Shown here piece by piece: positions 1-9,347 of a DNA stretch of 64,000 bases. The position numbers and the translations under genes are program-made. How positions within the stretch are numbered: the first letter of the stretch is position 1; each line of letters begins with the position of its first letter. The notes under the pieces were generated by a model. That model made no database searches. It was not told the origin of the DNA and saw only the letters and a program-made list of their open reading frames with translations. The stretch is from a virus (taxonomy: Duplodnaviria; Heunggongvirae; Uroviricota; Caudoviricetes): the IMG/VR virus record IMGVR_UViG_3300010163_000013, positions 1 to 64,000 of that record, one strand, 5' to 3'.

Positions 1-12
1 TATTCAATAGAG

Positions 13-62
13 ATAAGATGTTGGTAAACAAAAACCGTATTTACCAACATCTTATTGTTTTA
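13..62 (+). terminator. 16-bp perfect-stem hairpin (ATAAGATGTTGGTAAA / TTTACCAACATCTTAT, 11-nt loop) followed by a T-rich run. Probably ends a gene that starts upstream of the window.
   Basis: Inverted repeat read directly at 13-28 and 40-55, then TTGTTTTA. Confidence 0.6.
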
Positions 63-169
63 ACATAGTTAAACCATCTATTACTAATTTATAATATCTT
101 TAAATCCTTTTTAAATGGCTTGTATTGTGTTTTTTATGTTTAACCTATAATTTATACCTGTATTTATTT

Positions 170-206
170 AATCCTCTTAAAACACGTTTTAAACGTGTTT
201 TGGAGA
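170..206. repeat. Near-perfect 37-bp palindrome (CCTCTTAAAACACGTTTT|AAACGTGTTTTGGAGAGG) in the region upstream of the replication module. Candidate operator or origin element.
   Basis: The reverse complement is nearly identical to the forward sequence. Confidence 0.5.
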
Positions 207-563
207 GGGTTGTTAGTATTGGTAATATTTTTGGTTATTGTTTTAAAATTTATTGCCAATTTTAAAAATATTGTATATTGTTTATCTTTTTATTTATATA
301 TAAATATATTTAATTACTTATAATTACATAGTTATTAATATTAATTATAATATAATACTTAATTAATATTTAGTTAATAATTATATAGAATATATAATTA
401 TTTATTTAGTGAAAACGTTTTTAATAAAAATTGTATAATTAATGATTTTTATATTAAAAAAAGATTTTTAAAATTATAATAAAATTTACTCTTGATTTAT
501 TTGGAGACAATAATTATAATAAATATTATACAAACTTTAAACATTAGAGAGGATGATTTTGTT

Positions 564-2471
564 ATGAAAACGAGTGAAAATAAATGTATGTCTTTTTTAA
601 CTATTTCTAATTATATTTTTAAACTTACATTACCTAAATGTAATATGGTTTTAGGCCCTTATGTATCTTCTGTATATTTTCAAATTTTTATAAATATTTG
701 TCATGATAATACTATTGAATTATGGAAATATAATAAATGTTGGTTATCGCAAGAAACAATGGCAAAAAATTTAAAGTCTACAAGAATGACAGTTAATAAA
801 ATGATTTCACATTTAATTGATTTAGGCTTAATAAAGAAAGGCAAACATTTAAATCATAACACATATGAATTATGTAATGATAACTTAAATGAAAGCGAAT
901 TAATTCAGTTTAATATAGACGTGGAAAATAAACTTTTAGCTATTGCTCAAAAGTTAAATAAAGATTGTGCTAAAATAAAACGAAAATTTAATGAATTAGA
1001 TTTAGAGGTTGCTTATCATTCTAATAGTGTATTTAAGTTTGTAAAGAAAACTAAGTTAGTAAATACTAATAAAATAAGAAATACATTAAAAAGAATAGAA
1101 CAAGATAATAATGGTATAACATTGTTTTACATTAATAATGTTTTATTTCCGAACAATCATTTACAAAAATATAGAGCATTGCGTTCTGGAATAACACAAA
1201 GTACAATTTCTAATTATATGAAATATAGTATACAACATAACTTATTAGAATTGGAGGATAAAAAAATGTATGTACAAAAAAAGAAAAGAAATTTGGAACA
1301 GGTTAAATGTCCTATTTGTGGTAAATTGTGTGCAAGTAAAGGATATTTATTAAATCATTTATCAAAGACACAAGATACAACACATCAAGCATTATATTCT
1401 TTATACAAAAAAAGTAGTGATAAAGATGTGTTAGATACATATGAAAATAATAAAGATACTTTACCTAAACAAGAACCCTCTTATAAAGATGTCTATTGTG
1501 AAAAATGTAATGGTAATTGTAAACTATGTTATAAAGAATGGAAAGATGAATATTTTGAACAATGTCAAGAGCAACGTAAAATATTATTTATAAAACAGGA
1601 AGAAAAATTTATAAAAAATATTGATAAACAAAAAAATAAAAAGCAGAAGAAACCTAATCCTAATAGTACACCTAATTTAGTAAAATATTTTTATAGTAAA
1701 ACAAATACTCAATCTCCTGGATTTGCAAGAGAATGTAATCAAGTTAAAATATTGTTAAAAAGACAGTATACACCAGAACAAATAAAATTAACAATGGACT
1801 ATCTTATAAAAAGAAAAAATATAGATTTAAGATTTTTAAATCGAAGTATTGAAGAAGCTATCTTAGAAAAAAAATATAAAGATGATATTAAGATAAAGGA
1901 TTCTGCCTCATATTTAGTAAAATTATTTCACAAATCAACTAAGGTTATATTAAATAGTTTTAGTTTTATAAATGAGGTTAATAAAATTCAAACAATGTTA
2001 GATGATGGATATACTCCTTTACAAATTAAACAAACAATGAAATATATGATTTTAAAAGATATAAAAACATTTAATTTTTTGCCAAATATGATAGATGAAG
2101 CTATATTATTTTTTAAAGATAAGGAACCTACTAATGATAAGTTAAAAGTTATTCATGATGATTTAAAATATAATATTTCAGATTTAACACAAATTAAACA
2201 ACAATATTACCAAGAAGGAGAGAAATTTGCTAGACAATTTTATTCTAATAAAAGTTATAGCGAACAATTGTATACTAAATTTGAATATGCTTATAAAGTT
2301 AAATTAAATTTGGATAAAGATTTGATACAAGACGGTATTAAAGACAAACAACAAAATAAATGGGGATTTAGACGAATGTATAATGGAATAAATGAAGATG
2401 ATTTTTTTGTATGGTTAAAAAATCAATTTAAACAGAATAAAATTGATTTTAATATTTTACAAATAGAATAA
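564..2471 (+). CDS. Replication initiator or replisome organiser (DnaD-like). It has an N-terminal winged-helix region, a C2H2-like Zn finger and a duplicated DnaD-C/DnaB_2-like domain.
   Basis: HTH-like segment LSQETMAKNLKSTRMTVNKMISHLIDLGLI. Motif CPICGKLCASKGYLLNHLSKTQDTTH and zinc ribbon CEKCNGNCKLC. Two internal repeats: YTPEQIKLTMDYLIKRKNIDLRFLNRSIEEAIL and YTPLQIKQTMKYMILKDIKTFNFLPNMIDEAIL. The ATG at 564 has a GAGAGGA Shine-Dalgarno site; the track start at 492 is a TTG extension. Confidence 0.45.
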   Translation: MKTSENKCMSFLTISNYIFKLTLPKCNMVLGPYVSSVYFQIFINICHDNTIELWKYNKCWLSQETMAKNLKSTRMTVNKMISHLIDLGLIKKGKHLNHNTYELCNDNLNESELIQFNIDVENKLLAIAQKLNKDCAKIKRKFNELDLEVAYHSNSVFKFVKKTKLVNTNKIRNTLKRIEQDNNGITLFYINNVLFPNNHLQKYRALRSGITQSTISNYMKYSIQHNLLELEDKKMYVQKKKRNLEQVKCPICGKLCASKGYLLNHLSKTQDTTHQALYSLYKKSSDKDVLDTYENNKDTLPKQEPSYKDVYCEKCNGNCKLCYKEWKDEYFEQCQEQRKILFIKQEEKFIKNIDKQKNKKQKKPNPNSTPNLVKYFYSKTNTQSPGFARECNQVKILLKRQYTPEQIKLTMDYLIKRKNIDLRFLNRSIEEAILEKKYKDDIKIKDSASYLVKLFHKSTKVILNSFSFINEVNKIQTMLDDGYTPLQIKQTMKYMILKDIKTFNFLPNMIDEAILFFKDKEPTNDKLKVIHDDLKYNISDLTQIKQQYYQEGEKFARQFYSNKSYSEQLYTKFEYAYKVKLNLDKDLIQDGIKDKQQNKWGFRRMYNGINEDDFFVWLKNQFKQNKIDFNILQIE

Positions 2472-2485
2472 TAGGTGGTGATAAA

Positions 2486-3214
2486 GTGAGTAATAAAGTA
2501 GGTGATAAAATGGTTTATAATGAAATTGATAAAGAAAAAATTAAAACTAAATGGCGTAATGTATTTGTTTTAAATTGTAATAAATGTAATCATACAGGAT
2601 ATCTTAAACAAGATAATATAAATATACAGTGTGAATGTTTGAAAATGGCTATTAAATGTTATAAATTAGAAATATCAAATATACCTATGCAAGAAATAAA
2701 AGTTTCAAAAGAAGATATTAAAAAGTATGTTAAATATGATTTTGATTTATATTTTAATATTATACTGAATGAAGTTTTTTTCTCTAAAGATTTGTATTTA
2801 TATAATTTACCTTTTAAAATTAATAGTAGTATAATTACATATATAGCGAAAGAGTTAATAAATAAGAAACATAAATTAACTCAATTTAATATTAATGTTA
2901 GATATGTTATATATGAGGATTTAATACAATTATCATTAAATTCTAATTATGATAAAACAAATAAGAGTAAATTAATAAATATTATTAATAAGTCTGATGT
3001 ATTATTTATTGATAATGTAGGATTAGAAACAGGATTTGGAAGTTCCACAAAGCATAATGTTAAATTATTGTATACAATATTGAAAGAACGTAGAAATAAA
3101 TTAAAATCAACAGTTATTTCTTCAAATTTGTATATTAGTGATATTGAAACAGCGTACAATAAAGATGTAGCTGAAATATTAAAAAATTATGATATGATTA
3201 AAGGTGATGAGTAG
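2486..3214 (+). CDS. DnaC/DnaI-like helicase loader with a degenerate Walker A. An alternative ATG start lies at 2510.
   Basis: The C-terminal box VLFIDNVGLE...KLLYTILKERRNKLKSTVISSNL matches the DnaC Walker B and sensor region (LLIxDDLG...TSN). No GxxGxGKT motif was seen. Confidence 0.4.
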   Translation: MSNKVGDKMVYNEIDKEKIKTKWRNVFVLNCNKCNHTGYLKQDNINIQCECLKMAIKCYKLEISNIPMQEIKVSKEDIKKYVKYDFDLYFNIILNEVFFSKDLYLYNLPFKINSSIITYIAKELINKKHKLTQFNINVRYVIYEDLIQLSLNSNYDKTNKSKLINIINKSDVLFIDNVGLETGFGSSTKHNVKLLYTILKERRNKLKSTVISSNLYISDIETAYNKDVAEILKNYDMIKGDE

Positions 3215-4562
3215 TGTTATGAACAATGTGATAGAAAAAAAGTTTTTAGCATATTTAATGTATGATAAAAAATATATTGCTAAATCTATTGGTAAAATTA
3301 CTAAACTACATTTGCCTTCTACTTATAATGTTTATAAGTTAATTACTTTATATTTTAATAAATATGGAGATATTATTACGGATACAGTAGCTGAAAATTG
3401 GTTTAAAAGAAAAAAATTAGATGAAGATACTATTATAAAATATAAAACTATATTTTCAGAAATTAATAGTTTTCAGAATTTTACAGAACATGAATTTAAG
3501 TCAATTATAGATGATTTGAATGAGAACTATAGACGTAATTCATTAATAAAACTTGCTGAAAATATAATTGATAAAAATGTGATAACTTGTTCATCAGAAG
3601 ATTTATTAAAAATTGAAAATCAAGCAAAAGATATGATTTTTAATTTTTCAATTAATAAAGACAATATAAAAGACGAAGGTTCCATAAAAGAAACAGTAAA
3701 AGAACGAAAAGAATATTATGATAATGTTAAAAATAATCCAAATATGATAGTAACATATCCAACAGGGTTTAGGAGAATAGACGATAATGAGGGTGGGTTT
3801 GCACCAGGTGAATTAATATATGTTATTGGTAGAAAGGGTGACGGTAAATCTACATTATTATTAAATTTTGCTCATAATTTATGGATAAGAAAATATAATG
3901 TTATTTTATTTTCTATTGAAATATCAAAAAGGGATTATATGAGAAGATTTGATTCTCGTGCAGCAGGTATTCCAAGTAGGGGATTAAAAAGAGGAACATT
4001 AACAGTAGATGAGGAAACTGTATATAATGAATATTTACAAAAATTAAGTGAGGGGTTATCAGTAAATAATGAACCGATAGGAGAATTTTATATTGTAGAT
4101 GCTCCTGAAAATGTAACACCTGCATTTATAGAACAAAAGGTTAAAGAAATTGAAATAAAGTTAAATATAACATTCCATGTTATAATATCTGATTATGCAG
4201 GGATAATGGAACCTAATATTAGAAAGGGAGAATTAAGACACGATAAAGCAGAAATAGCATTAGAATGTAAGCAAATTGCAAGAAAAATGGATAAGGTTTT
4301 TATTACAGCAGAACAAATGAATAGAATAGGTAAAAATCAAAAAAGAACTGAATCTGATGCAGTGGCTGAATCTGACGCTGTTTCAAATCATATAGATTGG
4401 GGAATTGCTATTAAATCTATAGATAATGATATAGGAATTATAGAATCATTTAAAACAAGGGATGCCGCCCCGTTTTCTTTTCATTTTAGAAAAAAATATG
4501 ATAAAATGACTATTGAGGAATTAGAGGATAATTTAGATGATTGGGATAATATTGTTGATTAA
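3207..4562 (+). CDS. DnaB-family replicative DNA helicase (RecA-like C-terminal domain).
   Basis: TGFRRIDDNEGGFAPGELIYVIGRKGDGKSTLLLNFAHNL (DnaB Walker A context), a Walker B box (IISDYAGIM) and ITAEQMNRIGKNQKR. Confidence 0.75.
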   Translation: MSSVMNNVIEKKFLAYLMYDKKYIAKSIGKITKLHLPSTYNVYKLITLYFNKYGDIITDTVAENWFKRKKLDEDTIIKYKTIFSEINSFQNFTEHEFKSIIDDLNENYRRNSLIKLAENIIDKNVITCSSEDLLKIENQAKDMIFNFSINKDNIKDEGSIKETVKERKEYYDNVKNNPNMIVTYPTGFRRIDDNEGGFAPGELIYVIGRKGDGKSTLLLNFAHNLWIRKYNVILFSIEISKRDYMRRFDSRAAGIPSRGLKRGTLTVDEETVYNEYLQKLSEGLSVNNEPIGEFYIVDAPENVTPAFIEQKVKEIEIKLNITFHVIISDYAGIMEPNIRKGELRHDKAEIALECKQIARKMDKVFITAEQMNRIGKNQKRTESDAVAESDAVSNHIDWGIAIKSIDNDIGIIESFKTRDAAPFSFHFRKKYDKMTIEELEDNLDDWDNIVD

Positions 4563-4580
4563 ATAATTAGGGAGATATAA

Positions 4581-5228
4581 ATGGATTTTAAAGATATTAA
4601 ATTTGAAGATGAAAATTTTAATAATAGAAATTATTTGTATAATTATATAAAACAAGAAATAGATAATATGGGATTTTTTAGAAGTAACTTAAAAATGAAA
4701 AAAGTAGGAACTTTATATAAAAGTATTTGTCCGTTTCATAATGAAAAAACGGCTTCATTTACAGTTTATCCAAATAATAAATCGGCACAAAAGTATGCAA
4801 GTTTTTATTGTTTTGGATGTGGTGCGACAGGAGATATAATAAAATTTAAACAATTAAAAGATAATTTGAATTCGTATTATGAATCAGCTTTACAATTAGC
4901 TATGGAATATAAATTAGATATAGAAAATGAAAATGATATTAAATTAAATTATTTACAAAGCCAATTAAATGTTATAGATAATAGTGTAAATAATTTAAGT
5001 TTAGATAAAATAAATTTAGCTTGTAGTACAATTATTAGAAATTATTTGCAGTCGATAAAAAATAAAGATTACTTTAAAAATCATTTAACTAAAATTAATC
5101 AATATTACAAATATTTGGATAATGAACTTGAAGAACGTAATGCTATTCAAGCACAATCATTAATAAATGAAACAATACAATTTATACAAAATGATATTTA
5201 TAACAATACAATAAAAAGTAATCTATAG
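4581..5228 (+). CDS. DNA primase zinc-binding (CHC2) domain protein. No TOPRIM catalytic domain is evident.
   Basis: CPFHNEKTASFTVYPNNKSAQKYASFYCFGCGATGDIIKF matches the DnaG N-terminal CHC2 zinc finger. A Shine-Dalgarno site GGGAG precedes it. Confidence 0.7.
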   Translation: MDFKDIKFEDENFNNRNYLYNYIKQEIDNMGFFRSNLKMKKVGTLYKSICPFHNEKTASFTVYPNNKSAQKYASFYCFGCGATGDIIKFKQLKDNLNSYYESALQLAMEYKLDIENENDIKLNYLQSQLNVIDNSVNNLSLDKINLACSTIIRNYLQSIKNKDYFKNHLTKINQYYKYLDNELEERNAIQAQSLINETIQFIQNDIYNNTIKSNL

Positions 5229-5247
5229 AGAGATAGGAGATGGTTGT

Positions 5248-6114
5248 ATGAAAAGTCCGTTTAATTGGGTTGGAAATAAGTATAAATATATGAATATGAT
5301 AAATTCTATTGTTCCTAAAAAACATTATAATAACATTATTGATGTTTTTATGGGTAGCGGCAATATATTGTTTAATATTAATGCTATTGCTAATAAATTT
5401 ATAGGTAATGATATAATTTCGTTAATGCCTCAAATTTATAATGTATTAATATTAAATAAATATAAATATAATATTGACAATGTTAATGAAATATGTTATT
5501 ATTATAATAATTTTAGTGAAAATCAAAATTATTATAATTTCAGAAAAGATTGGAATATAAAATATAAATCAAATTATTGCAGTAAGTCTTTTATTTTAGA
5601 AACCATAATGTTGTTTAAAATGTGTTCTAACAGTATGGTTAGATTTAATTCCAAAGGAGAATTTAATCAAGGTTATAGAGGTGCTACGGATGCTTTTTTT
5701 AATGAAATCAAGAAAAACAATATAATAAATGATTTAAATAAATTTATATTACATATAAATGATAAATTTAATTTTACTAATTATGATTGTATTGATTTAA
5801 TAAACAATATTGATAATGAAAATAATTTACTTATATTGGATCCACCGTATGTATTATCTTGTAATGGAACATATAATAATAAAACTTATGATAAAGAAAA
5901 AGATTTACAAATTTTAAATTATTTACATAATACAAAAAATGATTTTATATATTTTAACTATTTAACTAATGATAATATTGATAATACATATAAAGAGTTA
6001 AATATGTTTTATAAAAAATATAATTATAAAATTATTAACAATAAAAATAGTAGTGGTCAAAATCGAAAGAGCAATGTAACAACAGTAAATGAGATAATGG
6101 TTTTTAATTTTTAA
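5248..6114 (+). CDS. Dam-family (D12 class) N6-adenine DNA methyltransferase.
   Basis: N-terminal FNWVGNKYKY (Dam motif) and LILDPPY (motif IV). Confidence 0.75.
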   Translation: MKSPFNWVGNKYKYMNMINSIVPKKHYNNIIDVFMGSGNILFNINAIANKFIGNDIISLMPQIYNVLILNKYKYNIDNVNEICYYYNNFSENQNYYNFRKDWNIKYKSNYCSKSFILETIMLFKMCSNSMVRFNSKGEFNQGYRGATDAFFNEIKKNNIINDLNKFILHINDKFNFTNYDCIDLINNIDNENNLLILDPPYVLSCNGTYNNKTYDKEKDLQILNYLHNTKNDFIYFNYLTNDNIDNTYKELNMFYKKYNYKIINNKNSSGQNRKSNVTTVNEIMVFNF

Positions 6115-6135
6115 ATTAAATATTAATTTTAAGGA

Positions 6136-6603
6136 GTGTTTGATATGGATAAATACAATCAAAAAAGATTAATGAAACAAGCTGACGAGAATATAAGTGA
6201 TGATATGTTGTATGAGTTGGCTAAATTAAGATTTAATCATCAATATAGCGAAATTGATTTAAGTAAGCTTAAAAATGTTATATCGGATTTAGACAAGCAA
6301 CTCAATGCTTTATATGACAAAGCAGAGGACATAGCTTTAACAATATCAGAAAATAAAGAATTGTTTGAAAAGATTAAAGATTGGGATTATTCAAATGAAA
6401 TATCAGATTTAAAAGATGGCTATTCTATTGCTAAATTTTTATATGATGAAAAAACATTTGATAACGTTATGAAAGAATTTTATATCCAATATAAAGCTTA
6501 TGAAGATAAAGAAGATATAATACAAGAATTATATGACGAAATTAAAAGAGAAAATTTGAGTTTGTCTGATTATAATAATTTAAAAAGGTTATATTCAAAA
6601 TAA
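6136..6603 (+). CDS. Hypothetical protein.
   Basis: ORF with a Shine-Dalgarno site AAGGAG. No recognisable motif. Confidence 0.5.
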   Translation: MFDMDKYNQKRLMKQADENISDDMLYELAKLRFNHQYSEIDLSKLKNVISDLDKQLNALYDKAEDIALTISENKELFEKIKDWDYSNEISDLKDGYSIAKFLYDEKTFDNVMKEFYIQYKAYEDKEDIIQELYDEIKRENLSLSDYNNLKRLYSK

Positions 6604-6620
6604 ATTTCTAATAAAAGGAG

Positions 6621-7709
6621 ATGATAATTTTGGATTATAAATACAAAGTTTTTACTCCTTATAGGTTATGTTTGTTAGGCTCACATATAGATCATCAATT
6701 AGGAAATATAATAGGTTGTACCATTAATAAAGGTATAACCTTATATTATAATTGTTCAAAAAATATTGAAATTTATAGTGAACATTTTAATGAAACGTTT
6801 AAATTAGACTATATAAATTATATTGACTTAGATAATATTAATACTTATGGTTGGGGTAAATATTTATTAGGTGCTGTATATGTATTAAGAAAATATTATA
6901 ATATAGAAAATTATATTTCAGGGTATATAAAAAGCGACCTAAATATAGGAGGATTATCTAGTTCGTCTGCGGTTATTATTAATTATTTAAAAGCATTATG
7001 TTTTGTTAATAATATTGATATTGTTAATAATAATTTGTTATTATTAGCATATGAAGTAGAACATACTATTTTAAAAATTAATATAGGTAAAATGGATCAG
7101 ATTAATCAAATATTTTATAAACATAATAATTTTTTATATTATGACGGGTTAAATGAAAAAATAAAATATAAAAAAAGCGATAACAAATTACATTTTTTAA
7201 TAGTTTTTTGTGGTAAAGAAAGAGAGTTATTAAATACCCAATATAACGATAAAGTATCAGAATGTAAAAAATTAGCTAAACTACTAAGTAACAATAAATA
7301 TTCAAAATTAAGATTTATAGATAAAAATAAGTTTACAATACCAATAAATAATGAAAGTTTATATAAAAAAGGAATACATTTTAGTAAAGAAATGGGATAT
7401 GTTCAAGTAGGATGGGATAACATAAATGATATTAATGTATTGGGTGATTTAATAAATTTATCATGTCTTAATAGTATAAATAATTATGAAAATGGTTCAG
7501 AAGAATTAATAACATTATATCATATATGTAAAAATATATTAGGAGTATATGGTTGTAAATTTTGTGGCGGAGGATTTAATGGCAATTTATTTGCTTTAAT
7601 AGATGATAAATATACAGATACAATTATTAATACTATAACTAATGAATATTTAAAAATATATCCTTGTTATAAAGACAAATTTAATATTGTAAGTTGTGAT
7701 ATGAATTAA
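6621..7709 (+). CDS. GHMP-family sugar kinase (galactokinase-like). The start may instead be the TTG at 6630.
   Basis: N-terminal YRLCLLGSHIDHQLGNIIG resembles the galactokinase signature GRVNLIGEHxDY. LNIGGLSSSSAVIINYLKAL matches the GHMP motif PxGSGLSSSAA. The C-terminus carries KFCGGGFNGNLFALI. Confidence 0.7.
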   Translation: MIILDYKYKVFTPYRLCLLGSHIDHQLGNIIGCTINKGITLYYNCSKNIEIYSEHFNETFKLDYINYIDLDNINTYGWGKYLLGAVYVLRKYYNIENYISGYIKSDLNIGGLSSSSAVIINYLKALCFVNNIDIVNNNLLLLAYEVEHTILKINIGKMDQINQIFYKHNNFLYYDGLNEKIKYKKSDNKLHFLIVFCGKERELLNTQYNDKVSECKKLAKLLSNNKYSKLRFIDKNKFTIPINNESLYKKGIHFSKEMGYVQVGWDNINDINVLGDLINLSCLNSINNYENGSEELITLYHICKNILGVYGCKFCGGGFNGNLFALIDDKYTDTIINTITNEYLKIYPCYKDKFNIVSCDMN

Positions 7710-7931
7710 TAAATAAAAATTACCCAAATATGTAAAATTTATTTGCATAATTAATCTTAAAATTCAGTATTCAAGATAGATTTTGAGCATTTTAAAAGAA
7801 AAGACTCTATTCATATTAATTTGAAATTAAGTTAAAAATTTGTTTTAAGGGTTTAAATATTAGGTTATTTCCCAAAATGGAGAAAGTTAGATTCTTGAAT
7901 TCAGGAATTATTTAATAGGCTGTAAACAAAA

Positions 7932-8285
7932 ATGAATAAAATAAAAAGATTATGTAAATTATCAGATTCAAAATATGATATATTAATGATTATAGATAAT
8001 ATGCAAAAAGTGTTTGATAAAATTAATAATAAATATTCAAATTTATTTGTTTTTAATAAAACAGTAAAAAAAGATGATTGTAATGTTGTTACTTTTACAG
8101 CAGAATTTACAGACTTATTTAAGGAAACAAGAGATATTTTTGATAATTTTTCTGATAAATTTAAAAAAGAATTAAGAAGTATGATAGATGAAATGTCTTT
8201 TGGTGGTAAAAATATAGTTGTTTTTGAAACAGATTTTGAATTTACTCTATTTAATTTGTTTTTTGAGTACGAAGCTTGGTTATAA
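7932..8285 (+). CDS. Hypothetical protein.
   Basis: ORF only. Confidence 0.4.
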   Translation: MNKIKRLCKLSDSKYDILMIIDNMQKVFDKINNKYSNLFVFNKTVKKDDCNVVTFTAEFTDLFKETRDIFDNFSDKFKKELRSMIDEMSFGGKNIVVFETDFEFTLFNLFFEYEAWL

Positions 8286-8380
8286 AAAATATAGATTGTA
8301 AAAAGTTTTAAAAAAACATTTTAATTTATGTACAAAAAAGAATAATTTTATATTTTTTTAAAATATTTTTTGTAATATTA

Positions 8381-8420
8381 AAACCCAAAGATTTTTTAAT
8401 TTAAAATCTTTGGGTTTTTG
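8381..8420. terminator. Bidirectional hairpin terminator between convergent genes.
   Basis: AAACCCAAAGATTTT...AAAATCTTTGGGTTT, flanked by T and A runs. Confidence 0.7.
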
Positions 8421-8514
8421 ATTATTGTTTTATTTTGATTTATATTTTCATAGTTAATATGTTTTATTGTTATCCTTGTAATTTAACTTTTATTTTTAAT
8501 AAATCCTTTTTATG

Positions 8515-9186
8515 TTATAAAGAAATTCTTGTGCCATCCATCAAATGAAAATAAAAAGAATATTTATTACTTAGTGATTCTATCAATTTGCCAATAGAAG
8601 CATTGTGTGAAAATATTCCAATAGGTAAATCATTAAGTATATTTTTATTAAAAATATAAAAGGGTGGAACGCAATAATTAATATGTTTAATAAAACTATC
8701 ATTAGGTTTTTCTATTAAATTATTATTATATATTATCATTGATTGTTTAATTTTATTTATATTAGTTTCTAAATATCTCATAATATGAATATCTTGTTTG
8801 TAAGTATAAAAATTATCAATAAAGTGTTTTAATGAAAAATTTAGTATATTATCTGAACCCATTAATAGTATATCATCTAAGCTTGTATCTTTTATATAAT
8901 TTAAACAGATATTAAAATTTTCTATAGCATTTATTAAATCGTCATTATCATTATTGTTAATAATAATTAAGTTATTTATGTTTTTATCCTTTTTATATTT
9001 TATAAATTGATTATAGAATTTATTATTTGAAATTAAAATTATTTCTTTAATATAATTATCTAATAAATCTTTTATTAAATAATCTAATACATATTGGTTA
9101 TTATATTTTAATAAAGCTTTAGGAGTGTCTATTGTTAATGGATATAATCTTTTACCATATCCACCAGCTAAAATAATTGCTTTCAT
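8515..9186 (-). CDS. Sugar-1-phosphate nucleotidyltransferase (small HddC/LicC/RmlA-like NTP-transferase).
   Basis: MKAIILAGGYGKRLYPLTIDTPKALL matches the NTP_transferase signature GGxGTRLxPLTxxxPKxLL. Length 223 aa. Confidence 0.75.
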   Translation of the reverse strand: MKAIILAGGYGKRLYPLTIDTPKALLKYNNQYVLDYLIKDLLDNYIKEIILISNNKFYNQFIKYKKDKNINNLIIINNNDNDDLINAIENFNICLNYIKDTSLDDILLMGSDNILNFSLKHFIDNFYTYKQDIHIMRYLETNINKIKQSMIIYNNNLIEKPNDSFIKHINYCVPPFYIFNKNILNDLPIGIFSHNASIGKLIESLSNKYSFYFHLMDGTRISL

Positions 9187-9265
9187 TTTTTTTACTCCCT
9201 CCTGTTGTGTTTTTCATAAATAAAATAAAGATGAAATTATTTTTTATTTTTTTTAAAAAAAATTA

Positions 9266-9294
9266 TTGACAAAGTTTAAAAAATAATATATAAT
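9266..9294 (+). promoter_or_regulatory. Consensus sigma-70-type promoter.
   Basis: TTGACA at 9266-9271, a 17-bp spacer, TATAAT at 9289-9294. Confidence 0.6.
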
Positions 9295-9347
9295 ATAATT
9301 ACAAAAATAAATTATAGAAAATAATTATAAGAAAGGTGGAAATAACA

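Noticed and set aside
492-563. N-terminal extension of the initiator ORF (track start 492).
   Set aside because: It relies on a TTG with no Shine-Dalgarno site and translates as I/N-rich filler. The ATG at 564 has a good GAGAGGA site. The extensions at 24658, 27222, 31887 and 62576 were handled the same way.
2947-4125. Antisense ORFs from the six-frame track (2947..3159 -, 3913..4125 -, and others such as 9473..9853 -, 10289..10528 -, 11291..11500 -, 14493..14681 -, 23615..23857 -, 27530..27733 -, 37176..37958 -, 46281..46505 -, 46989..47183 -, 48422..48760 -, 51225..51545 -, 53273..53509 -, 53916..54116 -, 61674..61877 -).
   Set aside because: They lie wholly inside well-supported genes on the other strand. 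They have no Shine-Dalgarno site and give hydrophobic low-complexity translations typical of shadow frames in AT-rich DNA.
7710-7931. Imperfect inverted repeats (AAAATTCAGTATTCAAG...CTTGAATTCAGGAATT) flanking a 130-bp AT-poor stretch upstream of ORF 7932, considered as an ncRNA or riboswitch.
   Set aside because: The repeat is imperfect. The arms are too far apart for a simple hairpin. No terminator or recognisable riboswitch core is present. It is more likely a promoter or operator region.
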